DNA of 63,177 bases, the filler included, from Octopus bimaculoides (lineage: Eukaryota), in assembly GCF_001194135.2 (NCBI RefSeq). It is 6 parts of 4 records of this genome, joined end to end, with 100 filler letters (N's around TTAATTAATTAA, not from the genome) between each part and the next. Parts side by side here need not be neighbours in the genome. Positions count along the whole stretch, not along the records: positions 1 to 18,018 come from NC_068988.1; 5 more parts are not named here. One strand, 5' to 3'. The position numbers and the translations under genes are program-made. The notes beneath the pieces are model-generated. The model was not told where the DNA came from. It saw nothing but the letters and a program-made list of their open reading frames with translations, and did no database searches. Below, piece by piece: positions 1-13,351 of this stretch; the first letter of the stretch is position 1, and each line of letters begins with the position of its first letter.

Positions 1-184
1 TATATATATATATGCATATTTGTAATTATGTATTAATTTTGGTATCTTTCCTCTGGTGAAGGTAAAGTATTTTATTACTAAGCCTGAAATCGTCGATCTG
101 GGATTAACCATTAATTTTTTGCTAATTTTTTTGTTCATTTATCTTTTCACCTGTGTTATCAATACATGATGTGGTTCTAGAGTC

Positions 185-230
185 AGTTTTGACTGCTGTT
201 TCTGGCATGGAGGTGCCTCTTCAGTACCCT
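185..230 (-). ncRNA. Hammerhead core, decayed stem I
   Basis: Minus strand reads CUGAAGA-GGCA-ccucca-UGCC-A-GAAAC-AGCA-GUC; stem I only about 3 of 6 pairs. Confidence 0.5.
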
Positions 231-299
231 AAATTTTTCCTTTTCTTTTTGCCTTTTCCTTTCTTTTCTTTTCCCTTTTCTCCCATTTATATTTCTCTA

Positions 300-384
300 A
301 ATCATTCTGACGATGTTTGTTAAATTGTACGAGATAAATGCAAATTTACCTCAATTTGATAAACGGAAACAGCTGTAAATGGTT
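300..384 (+). ncRNA. Minimal type I hammerhead ribozyme (Penelope-associated type)
   Basis: Stem I AAUCAUU(300-306)/AAUGGUU(378-384); core CUGACGA(307-313); 14-bp stem II 314-327/352-365 with inner GCAA-capped hairpin; GAAAC(366-370); palindromic ACAGCUGU stem III; GUA triplet (375-377). Non-canonical U-G at 10.1/11.1. Confidence 0.78.
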
Positions 385-630
385 CGAACTACAATTAAAC
401 TATGACATTTTAATACCAATGATCAACTTCTCATTGTTAATTATTGCTCCATTTCTTTTCTTTTCTATATGTATTAAACCACGGTTTTATCTTTAAGTTA
501 CCTACTATTGTATACCTTATAGCTAGGAGTACACATTGTGAGGTAATACACGAGTAGTGTCTACGTATACATTTATCCCTTAGATGGTTGAATAGCCTCA
601 AACTCATATTTTGCTTTTATATATATATAT

Positions 631-964
631 CGGAGACCCCATTCGGTCACGAATGGCCATGGGATTGTACCTAGAAAGTTACCCTCCGAGGTACAAGTCC
701 GGGCAAGGTTGTTTTATGGAAGACCATCAGTCACCCATGCATATCATCTTCCCCTCTCCACGCCACCAACGTTATCCAAGGGAAAGGCAAAGGCTGATAC
801 AACTTAGCACCTGTGACATCACAACTCATTTCTACAGCTGAGGGAACTGGAGCAACGTGAAATAAAGTGTCTTGCTCAAGAACACAACACGCAGCCCGGT
901 CCGGGATTCGAACTCACAACTTCACCGTCGTAAGATCGACGCTCTAACCACTGAGCCATGCACC

Positions 965-968
<4 letters not shown>
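631..968 (-). mobile_element. tRNA-derived SINE (family D)
   Basis: Minus strand: A-box TGGCTCAGTGG, B-box GTTCGAATCC, then body GTGTTCTTGAGCAAGACACTTTATTTCACGTTGCTCCAG shared with the 55022-55286 copy. Confidence 0.8.
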
Positions 969-1020
<52 letters not shown>

Positions 1021-1335
1021 GGGTCATCCCATAACTAATGCGGTTATTATACTTATTTTATTTTTCAAAATTAGGATAAAGTTTTTTTTAAATCTAAAAT
1101 ATACTCTCCTTCATTTTCTACAATGCTCTTCCATCTATCTAGTAGACTTGCAAGGCCCCTCTTCCAAAATTCACTTGTCTGCGACGAAAAATACTCCTCC
1201 AATACTGTTCTGACCTCGTCTACAGAATTCATGTTTTTTTACCTATAACCTTCGATTTGCATGGATTTCCAACCTCTTTTGGACTTTTCCGTTTTCTTTT
1301 CCGACGTAGAGCCATGATCCAAACGTCAAAGACTT
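1021..1335 (-). mobile_element. mariner transposon 3' fragment
   Basis: 1232->1092 translates MNSVDEVRTVLEEYFSSQTSEFWKRGLASLLDRWKSIVENEGEYILD, a typical mariner C-terminus; TIR-like end GGGTCATCCCATAA next to TA. Confidence 0.8.
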
Positions 1336-1424
1336 CCCTTTCTAATTGAGAGTCAAACTAGTGCATTCCATGTGCACGTCGTCTTGTTGCTTGTTATTTT
1401 TAATGTTCGTTTATTTGATTTGAT

Positions 1425-1470
<46 letters not shown>

Positions 1471-1490
1471 AGAGAGAGAGAGAGAGTACT

Positions 1491-1857
1491 GGCACTCCAT
1501 CGATTACCATGACGAGGGCTCCAGGTGATCCGATCAAAGAAACATCTTTCTCGTGAAATTAACGTGCAAGTAGCTGAGCACTCCACAGATACGTACATCC
1601 TTAACGTAGTTCTCAGGGACCATAGACTTGTGAGTGGATTTCGTAGACGAAAATTGAAAGAAGCCCGTCGAGTATATGTGTGTGTGCCTGTGTTTGACGA
1701 ACAATGCTAGTGTGTTTATGACCCTGTAACTTATCTGTTCGGCAAAAGGACCGATATAGAATAAGTACTAGGCTTACAAACAATAAGTTCTGCGGACGAT
1801 TTCTTCAACTAAAACCCTTTAATGTGGTGCTCCAGTACGGCTGCAGTCAAATGACTG
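1491..1857. mobile_element. Fused SINE fragments: family A domain (-, 1491-1619) abutting family B body (+, 1627-1857)
   Basis: Matches by eye to the 25227-25581 and 4747-5152 copies. Confidence 0.7.
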
Positions 1858-2329
1858 CCCACTACAAAAATCGAACTCGGTACACATAGCAACATTACGT
1901 CACAATTACTTTACCTCAACCAGTCCAGCTCTCTTTAATACCATATCAAAATACGTCAAAACGGAAACGGATCCCATAAAATTCAAACGTTTACTGGACA
2001 AATTTCTTCAAAAAATCCCGAACCAACTTCCTACACCCGGATATATCTCCAACAATAATAACTCTTTGTTAGAGTGAGCTACGGTGCCCCATATATGACT
2101 ACAAGACCTTACCAGGTGGTGCTATTGAGTTATCAAAGTTATGTATGTATTTATTTTATTATTTTTATATATTCGAGCTTTTATAAACTCTCTCCACACT
2201 TTTAGGAGTACCCGTGTCTTCTCCTTTTTTGCCTCCCGAGTTTTGTTTTCCATACAGTATGTGCGATTCTTTGTTTACTCATCTGCGGTACACTACGTAT
2301 TTTCTTTTAATATATTTTAATTAATATGT

Positions 2330-2561
2330 TATACGGTGTAGTACTGTATTTTTATTTATCAATATATTATTTTTTTAAGCGTGAAAATGCTTATTTTATC
2401 ACAGTAGTAATTAAAATCTAAGAAAATATAAATACCTATCGGCAGCAGAAACCCGCGATATACTGAGGAGTACGCGATATAAATTTACACATGTTAGCAT
2501 GAAAAATCCGCGATGTAGTGGGGGCGTGATAGGTGAACCGCGATATGGTGAGTGATTACTG
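2330..2561. mobile_element. Tigger/pogo-like MITE fragment
   Basis: Ends CGCGATATGGTGAGTGATTACTG|TA; internal similarity to 52666-52872. Confidence 0.55.
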
Positions 2562-2927
2562 TATAGGCGAAATTTTAATTTCTTTAATAATCCTAATATT
2601 GCAGTGTTACTAGCAGATGCTTCTGTGTATTTGTTTGTGTGTGCGCGCGCGCGCGTATGTGTGCGTGCGTGTCTGTTCTCTGTGTCTCTACAAGTGTGTG
2701 TTTATGTGTGTACGCGCGTATTCGATCCCATTCCACAACAACGCAGCCTATTTTACACAATGAACCCATTAATAAGCAACATTAAAAAAATCTGAAAGCA
2801 AAGTGTTTCTCTAAACCACTTTAAGTGGATAGAGAAGGAAACTGAAGAGAAATCACCGATTCTCTTCAACTGAGAACCAACAAGTAAAATTGTTCACACA
2901 CTTCACTCTTGCACTATATATTATAAG

Positions 2928-2973
<46 letters not shown>

Positions 2974-3945
2974 ATAATAATACATGTATACATGCACATA
3001 TACATAATACATACATACATACATATCTGCATACATACATGCATATATGCACACCAGACACACGCATACCTTCACACACATCAACAAAGCAATGAAAGAC
3101 TCAACTATCATGATAAATATTGATTTCTTCCATAAAAATATACGTATTTATGTATGGTTGTATGCATGTCAGTACGTATAATACGCTTGCACGAGCACAC
3201 ACACACGTATATATATATATATATNNNNNNNNNNNNNNNNNNNNNNNNNNNNNNNNNNNNNNNNNNNNNNNNNNNNNNNNNNNNNNNNNNNNNNNNNNNN
3301 NNNNNNNNNNNNNNNNNNNNNNNNNNNNNNNNNNNNNNNNNNNNNNNNNNNNNNNNNNNNNNNNNNNNNNNNNNNNNNNNNNNNNNNNNNNNNNNNNNNN
3401 NNNNNNNNNNNNNNNNNNNNNNNNNNNNNNNNNNNNNNNNNNNNNNNNNNNNNNNNNNNNNNNNNNNNNNNNNNNNNNNNNNNNNNNNNNNNNNNNNNNN
3501 NNNNNNNNNNNNNNNNNNNNNNNNNNNNNNNNNNNNNNNNNNNNNNNNNNNNNNNNNNNNNNNNNNNNNNNNNNNNNNNNNNNNNNNNNNNNNNNNNNNN
3601 NNNNNNNNNNNNNNNNNNNNNNNNNNNNNNNNNNNNNNNNNNNNNNNNNNNNNNNNNNNNNNNNNNNNNNNNNNNNNNNNNNNNNNNNNNNNNNNNNNNN
3701 NNNNNNNNNNNNNNNNNNNNNNNNNNNNNNNNNNNNNNNNNNNNNNNNNNNNNNNNNNNNNNNNNNNNNNNNNNNNNNNNNNNNNNNNNNNNNNNNNNNN
3801 NNNNNNNNNNNNNNNNNNNNNNNNNNNNNNNNNNNNNNNNNNNNNNNNNNNNNNNNNNNNNNNNNNNNNNNNNNNNNNNNNNNNNNNNNNNNNNNNNNNN
3901 NNNNNNNNNNNNNNNNNNNNNNNNNNNNNNNNNNNNNNNNNNNNN

Positions 3946-4003
<58 letters not shown>

Positions 4004-4440
4004 TCCTGGTTCAGGTAACAGGTTTCCGACACAAATCGACATGGCATTCGAATATTTGCTCTGAATTGTGGAATACGTCATTCTATTCTTCAGTTTCAAT
4101 TACAAGTAATAGATATGAAGTTGAGGGATGAATAGAGAACGTACCTTAGTAGTACCTTGTCTATAATAAGGGAGCGCACAAGCCTTTCTGTGTGTATCTA
4201 CCCTATTTTATACACTCTATTGGTGGATATCTTACGAAGTGACATATACATACATTATATACCAACGCACTAATGACAATAGCCAACATACAAGTATTTC
4301 AGAGTTTAATTGATATTTTCTGCAACATACTGGCATAATATACACATGTCATATATGAAACTATGCCGTATACATGCATTTATTTTCATATTCTGAATGT
4401 AAGCTCAGACAATACACCAATTACTGTTTTCCCTTCTCTC

Positions 4441-4494
<54 letters not shown>

Positions 4495-4504
4495 NNNNNN
4501 NNNN

Positions 4505-4540
<36 letters not shown>

Positions 4541-4746
4541 TTCACATACACACGTAGGAATCCGCGTATTGTGATTGCTGAGATGGAGCCCTTCTTTCTA
4601 ACAATAACTGGTTGGAAGCAATTAAGTCGATATATAAAAAAAAAAATTGCGAACCATCTAAATATGCTTTAATGCACCTATTTGTGACTTCTTGCATCCA
4701 TACGTTTACACACACACACACATAGGTATATATTCTTTCTATTATA

Positions 4747-5152
4747 GGCGCAGGAGTGGCTGTGTGGTAAGTAGCTTGCTTACCAACCACATGGTTCCGG
4801 GTTCATTCCCACTGCCTGGCACCATGAGCAAGTGTCTTCTACTATAGCCTCGGGCCAACCAAAACCTTGTGAGTGGATTTGGTAGACGGAAACTGAAAGA
4901 AGCCTGTCGCATATATTTATGTATATATGTATGTGTGTGTATGTGTTTGTGTGTCTGTCTTTGTCCCCCCAACATCGCTTGACAACCGATGGTGGTCTGT
5001 TTACGTCCCCGTAACTTAGCGGTTCGGCAAAAGAGACCGATAGAATAAGTACTAGGCTTCCAAAGAATAAGTCCTGGGGTCGATTTGCTCGACTAAAGGC
5101 GGTGCTCCAGCATGGCCGCAGTCAAGTAACTGAAACAAGTAAAAGAGTAAAA
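4747..5152 (+). mobile_element. SINE family B, full length, with internal microsatellite
   Basis: Head GGCGCAGGAGTGGCTGTGTGG...GGTTC, body, internal (TA/TG)n, 3' end GAAACAAGTAAAAGAG; more than 10 similar copies in the window. Confidence 0.85.
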
Positions 5153-6142
5153 TAGTATACATACATACATACATACCTACCTACATACAGATAGACAGAC
5201 AGACAAACGTGCCAGTAGCATCAGCCACATGAACCAACTTAAAATACGAGGCAGACCTTACCAAATAGCAATAACAACAAAATTCCTTTAAATTACACTC
5301 TAGTATTTTAGAAGCGGACATTTGGCTAATCTGATCCTAGTTTCACAAAATATGAATAAAAGCCAGGATGGTCATAGCTGCAATGACTTTGGTCATAGTT
5401 CTGCTCGATCAAAGTTAAGTTGCGACAACATGCAACACAACTTAACACACCGATGCTTCCACTCTCAGCACCAACTTATATAATATCACCACTATCGCTA
5501 TATATCTACACGCTATCATAACTAGCGCGCATTCTGCTTTGATCTTGCCAACGCTGTTTTAGTGGTGAGGAGCAATGTATTATTAGTAGTTCTGTTAATA
5601 GTGTTAGGAGGAGTTGTAAATAGTCAGGGTGACTATCCAAGTTGCCTATGCTCTTGTTTATTATTTGCTGTGTTGGATATTTGAACTAATGTTTTAGCAA
5701 TTATATTATTTCTTACTGTAAGATGTAATAGGAAATGCGTACCCCAAAATTTGGAATACATCGTAAAAGTGCCGGATTAAGCGCACAAAATTGGATATTA
5801 TGTCTAGGTGGTCGATTAACACGAAGAGGCGTCCTTGATATTTCGTCGATTGAAATAAATAATGTGCTGACCCACTATACAACAATATGGTTCAAAATAT
5901 TATTAATGCCAACATGTATTGATTTATTTTGTTTTGTTCAACAGCTTGCACGAAGGACATGCTTAAAATTATTTGTATCGAGTAACCTAGATTTGAGCAC
6001 TGATTGAAATGTCGTTTTTTAGGAACTAATTCTAGGATAAATTAGGAAAATATTATTCATTTCTGTCTAAATTTAACGCGAGAGGGGATTTAAAATCGGA
6101 AATTGCAAGATAAAGAAACATTCCTTAATTATCCAAACATTC

Positions 6143-6241
6143 AAGGTGAACAGCTTGCATAATCGTTAGCACGCTGGATAAAATGCTTATCTTCCGGCGT
6201 TACGTTCTGAATTCAAATTCTGCCAAGGCCTTCATCTTTCC
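6143..6241 (+). mobile_element. SINE family C head fragment
   Basis: AATCGTTAGCACGCTGGATAAAATGCTT...GAATTCAAATTCTGCC matches other C copies. Confidence 0.65.
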
Positions 6242-7589
6242 ACTATCCCCAAGTGGGACAGTGCCACCCATTTTGGAAATCATTGGTCTATGAGATCAGA
6301 ACTGATCTTTGACCAAACAAGAACAGGAAAATCAACCAAAATACCAGCATCAGCTACATTTAAAGTGATTGAGTTTTCACCGAGTTGATTAACATCAGAC
6401 ATACCTCATGACGATAAAGTTACCGGATGTACTTTTAACAACTCCATCACTAAATGTTACAGGAAACACGAAATACATATTTATTCCAGAATTATAGAAA
6501 TGTCTAGTTCTCGCTATATTTCATGTCTTTCAATGCTGAATTCTGCAACAAATGCATTTCTATGGTATCTAATTCATCTAATTCTTGAACTGACCAAAGT
6601 TTACGAGGAAGAATGTCTATTCCTAGACAGCAATTTTGTTTTATAATCTTTAACGTGTTGAGAGAAAGGTATTTGTTAAGAGCAGTTTGCTTACAACCGA
6701 TGGTTCGCTTTATTCATCATCTCCTAAAACCTTCGAAATTAGCCACAACTATACATAGCCAAAACCTTCATAAAGCAGGAATTTTGTTTCACATATACCT
6801 TTCTGTGTGGCGTCCACCCACTCAACAGTTGTTTATTCATTAGTATTATGTCTTGAACTTTTGGATCTTGTCTGTCGATATGCTTATATATGTTTATAGA
6901 GTCGTGGTGAGGGTTCAGAATATTTTTATTAAGGGTGTTGCACTTTATTTATCTACGTTCCTTTTACAATTGATTTAGCTATAACTATTTTCAACGGCTT
7001 TGGGTTGTTTAGGTTTAACATTCCTAATATACTTTCTCGTCATCGCTTCTCTCGACCTTTAACAATTTCTTCAGCTCACACTGCCATTTTTCCTCTTTTT
7101 CTTTCTCCCATGTTTTCTCACACATCTCTCTCTCTCTCTCTCTCTGTCGAGCATGCACCCCCACTTACTCACTCACATACAAACACATAAATACCAACAC
7201 AGCCCACATACTGCGGTTATCGTTAAAATAACATCCATTTGTTAACAACTATCGCTCCAACTTACACATTGTCAGATAAAATAGTATTACAACACTTCTG
7301 TGCATTAGGTTTATGACCATAAACTCATTCAGAAGACCTAATTCGACGTGTGAAATTCCAATGAATTCCAAAAACTGTGATCGGCTGAAAACGCTGTCAC
7401 CTCTGATTTTTTTCTTTCTTTCTCTTTTTTTTTTTTTCTTCATATTCTGGAATGAGAAAATACGTGCATTACCACACGAGCTCAAAACATCGTCAAAGGG
7501 AGGCGTGGGATGGGTGAAAATTAGCATAAGTTATTGCCAGCAATGTAGCACAAGGGAACTCAGTGACTTTTTTGATAACGCGACAATGC

Positions 7590-7634
7590 TAATAATAATA
7601 ATAATATAATAATAATAATAATAATAACAACAAC

Positions 7635-7701
<67 letters not shown>
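7590..7701. repeat. (AAT)n microsatellite
   Basis: Direct reading. Confidence 0.95.
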
Positions 7702-8114
7702 GAATTGCAACAGTCAATTTCGGAAACAAGAAGCAATACATACAATGAAATCCCAAGGCTTGAGCCTTGGCACACAGATCTCGACTGTGGATGAAATATG
7801 AAAGAGGAAGGCATATTGTTATTAATATTAATATTGTTATTACTACTCAACTTTCTCAAAATACAGTAAACAGCAAAATCTATGCCACTATTATCAACGT
7901 CTAATAGTATTTATACTTGAAGAAAGTAGAGAGGAAAACAGATCCTTGAGTTGTTTCAGTTTTGTCCACAATACTTTCTCTTTCTTTATAATCAATAAGC
8001 AGGTCGGAAAAAAAATTACAAGACCGGTTGTAAGTGGGCTAAAGGTTTCCGGAAATTACCCATAATCTAAGGTGGATCATTTCTTCAGAGAAGATTTGTT
8101 AATATTTAGTTAGA

Positions 8115-8532
8115 AGAGGGCAGCGAGCTGGTGGAATCATTGGCACGCCGGGTAAAATTCTTAGCGGTATTCTGTCCGTCTTCACGTTCTGAGTTCAAAT
8201 TCCACCGAGGTCGACTTTACCTTTCATTCTGCGGGGTCGATAAATAAGTACCAGTTGATTACTGGGATCGATGTAATTGACATATCCTCCTTCCTAGAAA
8301 TTTCTGGCCTTGTGCGAAAATTCGAAACCGTAAAGGCGGCGAGCTGGCAGAACCGTTAGCTCGCAGGGCAAAATGCTTAGCAACATTTCGTCTATCTTCA
8401 CGTTCTGTGTTCAAATGCTGCTGAGGTTGACATTGCCTTTCCGGGACGATGAAATAAATACCAGTTGATTACTGGGGTCGATATAATCGACTTAGGTCCT
8501 CCCTTGACATTTGTTAGCCAAAATTTGAAACC
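8115..8532 (+). mobile_element. Head-to-tail dimer of SINE family C
   Basis: Two copies, 8115-8330 and 8333-8532, each GGCGAGCTGG...GAGTTCAAAT...GGGGTCGAT...GAAACC. Confidence 0.8.
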
Positions 8533-9226
8533 AATCTTTAGTTAGAAGACGCCATGAATGTCATCCCGCCAATACTCCACTGAACATTTGCAGGATGCAA
8601 GGTTTACTTATCCAACTATTCAACTGGAGGAAGACATTGAGGATAAGTTGACATTCCATAGACAAGCATCTCTATTCATCTTACTGTTTTCTCGGAACCA
8701 CAGTTCGACCGATTGTAGGAAAATGTCTTTTCTCTACAAAATCAATTAATTAATTGTTGAAGTCCATACCAGCATGCTAACAATATGCCAGGACAACATA
8801 AGTTACCTGCGATGCGCTTAATTGTAGATACTGCAGTATGCTCAGGAGAACCAAGAGGAAATCTCATGGACCGTGCTGCCGCACATCACCGAAGTAACGT
8901 ACGCATTTGTTATCTATAAGAGAACTTTTAAGAAAAACGTCCTCTCGGTTATTATCTGAACAAGATTCATTACTCCGCTTCAATTCTAATTTCTGTCCAT
9001 CTGAAATCTAGATTCAGTGAAACTGAGAACAACTTAAACAGAACCTAGTATTCCACTTGACTTCGAATTACATGTTGGCCAATTTGTTCAGGTTAATCTT
9101 CGCACCTTAAATTACTCCCCTTAGATTTTGAGATCGCTGACACAATGAAGAAGTCGAAGTTGCAAGTGGACACTGGCTACCGCTACAGTGTTCCCTTTCG
9201 ACTGTAATGATATTATATAGATAGAC

Positions 9227-9483
9227 CAGTGGTTCTCAACCACGTTTTACCTATGGACCCCACTTCCACCCCTTGATTCATATTTTTACTCTATTGGACT
9301 TTCATAGCCATTTTATTAAAAAATCCTACCGTATTTTGATAATTAAATATTACTAGGAATTATATTTAAAAAATTAAAATATTTTGTATATTGTACAAGT
9401 ATAAGCAATTCATTGCACTTAAAATTTAACAAAATCTTACATGGACACCCAAGGGTCAAATGGACCTCGGTTGGGAACCAGTG
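9227..9483. mobile_element. hAT (Charlie/MER5-like) MITE
   Basis: TIRs CAGTGGTTCTCAACC / GGTTGGGAACCAGTG; flanking 8-mers agatagac/ctatagat match at 5 of 8. Confidence 0.7.
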
Positions 9484-9972
9484 CTATAGATACTCATATT
9501 CTACTGTAATGGCTAAGCAAATCAGCACATAAAACTGACACGCGTGAGAACAGGCAAACTAAATATATTCTACTGAAAATTTCTGACTAATCGCTGCCAT
9601 TCTCGGCTACACATAATGATTTCTAAGACAAGCTCAAGAATACATATCTAGGGACGAGGTACTAGTTATTTGTTAGCTACAAATACGTGATTGATATTTA
9701 CTTTATTAACACCGGAAGGATATCAGACGAAGTCTCCCTTGTTGGTATTTGAAATCAGAGAGTAAAAAGATTGTAACAAAATACCGCAAGTTTATTTTTC
9801 TTCCCTCGCACTCTTGATTCGGCCATGCACAGCCCAACACAGTTACTAGTGATAATAATGTCTGACATAAGTACAGCGTCACAGCTTTGGAGACGAGTTA
9901 TGGTGGATTATATCGACTTCAGTACTTCGCGCGCATGTACTTTGTTGATCTCGTAAGGATGAAAGGTATAAC

Positions 9973-10029
9973 GAGAACAGAACATACAAATGAGAACAGA
10001 ACACACATGTGAGAACAGAACGCACAAAA
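9973..10029. repeat. 19-bp minisatellite x3 (GAGAACAGAAC...)
   Basis: Units start at 9973, 9992 and 10011. Confidence 0.85.
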
Positions 10030-10149
10030 ATATAACTGGATACTGCCAATCTACTTACTCTATCATCCATCAACCTCTTCATCCACCAACAGTATTATGA
10101 TTTCTAACATCAGTTCAAGGCCAGATTGGTTTGGGAATACGGTTATATT

Positions 10150-10420
10150 GATCCCAGTGCTTTACTGCTGCTTATTTGACTCCCGGAAAGATTAAAAGCA
10201 AAGTCGATCACGATTTGAACTCACGACGTAAAAGGGTCGTAAAGCTACTTATTATTCCTTCTACTATAAGAACAGGCCTGAGGTTTTGGCGCAGGGTGGA
10301 TAGTCGATTATATCGGCTCAGTACTTAATTGACACTTTTCGACAGAATTCGAACTCTGTATGTAAAGCCACTAACCATTTTGCCTAGCGTGCTAAAAATT
10401 CTGCCACTTTGACGCCTTAG
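10150..10420 (-). mobile_element. Two decayed SINE family C fragments
   Basis: Reverse-complement similarity to the C head and GTCGAT domain. Confidence 0.55.
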
Positions 10421-11138
10421 AGTCATTTACAAGCTATAATAAATTACAAGGTTTTTTTTTTGGTTTTTTTTGTCACGCTTTTCATATTCAAACGAAGAGG
10501 AAACGCGACCAAGTGAAAAGAGAGAAGGGAAGATAGTGAAAAGGATGAACTGAGGAGGTAAAAGACCAGATACAAAATCTAGTCTATAATAATCAAACGT
10601 CTTGTTGATCAAAGTCACATACGAAATTAACAGAGGAGGGGAAGGAGAACAACAAAACAGAAAACATTCCCCATGATATTGAGAAGTAAATCACAATATN
10701 NNNNNNNNNNNNNNNNNNNNNNNNNNNNNNNNNNNNNNNNNNNNNNNNNNNNNNNNNNNNNNNNNNNNNNNNNNNNNNNNNNNNNNNNNNNNNNNNNNAT
10801 ATATACTATCAATTGTCAAGTTGTTTATTTATAGACAACTCCTTTGTCTATGTCAGTATGTTTACATTTACATGTCAGTATGTGTGTTATACGTCTCTGA
10901 GTATATGTGAATATATGTATACGCGTGACAGGCACGCACGCACACACGCAAACACACACACGCATACACATAGACACACCAACATACACGCACACATATC
11001 AAAGATGAGGCAGCCATTTATTTGTTTATAGTTATACAAGAAGGCATATGAAATCTGATAGGAAACACCGGATAAGAAATTAAAGTATGTGTGTGTGCGT
11101 GCGGACGTGCGTGCGTGTGTCTATTGATATATGTATGT

Positions 11139-11195
<57 letters not shown>

Positions 11196-11565
11196 NNNNN
11201 NNNNNNNNNNNNNNNNNNNNNNNNNNNNNNNNNNNNNNNNNNNNNNNNNNNNNNNNNNNNNNNNNNNNNNNNNNNNNNNNNNNNNNNNNNNNNNNNNNNN
11301 NNNNNNNNNNNNNNNNNNNNNNNNNNNNNNNNNNNNNNNNNNNNNNNNNNNNNNNNNNNNNNNNNNNNNNNNNNNNNNNNNNNNNNNNNNNNNNNNNNNN
11401 NNNNNNNNNNNNNNNNNNNNNNNNNNNNNNNNNNNNNNNNNNNNNNNNNNNNNNNNNNNNNNNNNNNNNNNNNNGGGACGATCTTTTTTCTAGTATATTT
11501 TTGCAAAGACTAAACGGAAACCACGATGAATCTTGTCCTTCATCACTTTTCATCCTTTGTCCTTG

Positions 11566-11639
<74 letters not shown>

Positions 11640-12179
11640 CCTGCGCACGTAAGCGAAAGCAGTGTAATGTAGACACTCATCCTGGTCTGTTTGTGCGTTT
11701 GCAAAATTACTGGAAAACAGCTGTACGGAATTTCAGTAAACTTGATAGAAATTCTCATTGGGTGAGTGGCTCGAACTCATTATATTTTGGTTTTATTATT
11801 TTCAAAACTAGCGGACGGGTGAATCAAAATGTTTTCAGTGTGCAGATTTTTTGCGAAAGAATTTGTGTACGGAGTGTATGCATCGTTTTGGCATGTTCTC
11901 AACACAAGAATCTATTACTAGCACATAAAACATGTATTATGTCTATTATATTCTATTTATCTCTCACCAGATGGAGTACTCACATTTTATATGTGTATTA
12001 TTTGAATCGACCCTCGTCTGCGTGTGTATAGATCATGGTGTACCTATGCACGTAGACACGTATGGGTACACACATACATACATACATACATACATACATA
12101 CATACATACAGATATACATACATACATGCATGCATGCATACATATGTGACTCTGTGTGTGTGTGGGGGTGTGTGGGGGT

Positions 12180-12214
<35 letters not shown>

Positions 12215-12625
12215 GATGGTTTCGAGGGTTTCGTTTATGAGTTGAGTTTTTATTTTCACCGGAGTATAAATACCTATATGGTGATACTAAACAAAGAAAT
12301 ACAAGTTTTAAAAAATCGAACTTACAAATTTCCCGATGAGCAAGTCATCTTATTTATTTTCTACAACGAACTACAGTACGTTTGATTCGCCTGTCATCAT
12401 TGACAGACGTTCAAAACACTTCTCAAATTCTATGCAATATTTTATCAAATCTTCTTTTAGTTGTTATCTTCCAAAGCTTCTAATCCTCTTTTAGTGAAAT
12501 ACTTACAAAGCTTAATTCAGTTCAATTAAAAAGCATGGGTAAACAACGCGTTGAAAGCCACACTCTAATTTGAGAAAAAAATTATCTGCGCGCCAAGTAT
12601 GCATCGCCCCTCCGATGCCTGCTTT

Positions 12626-12665
<40 letters not shown>

Positions 12666-12726
12666 GGAGGTAGAGAGGTAGCAGAATCGTTACTGGACAA
12701 AGTGTTTAGCGGCATTTTCCCGATAC

Positions 12727-13055
12727 TTAACACCTAGGTACCAATCTCAAAATCCTCGTTATTCCCGATAGAACAGTTTTCTGAGCATGTCCTACCCTCA
12801 TGACAATTTCAGTTTCTTCAGCATATTTCTCAAACCTGGTCGTTAGTGCTCCCAGTACCCCTACAACTACTGGGATGATAGTTACTTTAATAATTGCTTA
12901 CATTCGTGCAATTTCGTCTTTTAGTAGCTTGTACTTTTCAGTCTTTTCCAGCTCTTTGTCACCTACTCGTGCATCACCAGTTATAGCAACATCTATTATC
13001 TTGGTTCACTTCTTCCTTTAATCCACTACAACAATGTCTGGTCGATTTGTTCTGA
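12727..13055 (-). pseudogene. R4/Dong-like non-LTR retrotransposon, restriction-like endonuclease C-terminus
   Basis: RTNRPDIVVVD*RKK*TKIIDVAITGDARVGDKELEKTEKYKLLKDEIARM*AIIKVTIIPVVVGVLGA...TRILRLV: PD-D-(E)xK RLE signature with stops. Confidence 0.75.
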
Positions 13056-13351
13056 CGTACTTTCTTACAAATACTTGTTTATATCAAGTAAAACTGCAGG
13101 GAAAATTTCTTTCTTGTTTTTCTTATTCCTGTACAGAGTGACTTTGAACAATCTTCAAGTCTTATGTAAAAATAAAAAAAGTAAGAAAGAAAGAAATATT
13201 TGCAAATGCTGGTTTACACTCAAATAAAAAGTTAGGATGAATGTAAATCCACAGTGTTTAAAGCAAAAGAAGATAAGTATCGCGAATATTTTACGTAAAA
13301 ATGCACACTTTCTACAATCTAATGTGAAGCCATCCAGCAAAAGAGAGCAAT

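Noticed and set aside
2853-4131. Long ORFs of HT/VC/YI repeats and X runs (also about 11000, 24000, 32000, 55500, 60500)
   Set aside because: Translations of dinucleotide and tetranucleotide microsatellites and N gaps.
8558-8749. ORF with YPTIQLEEDIEDKLTF, faintly like a Penelope RT motif
   Set aside because: Single weak motif with no supporting neighbours.
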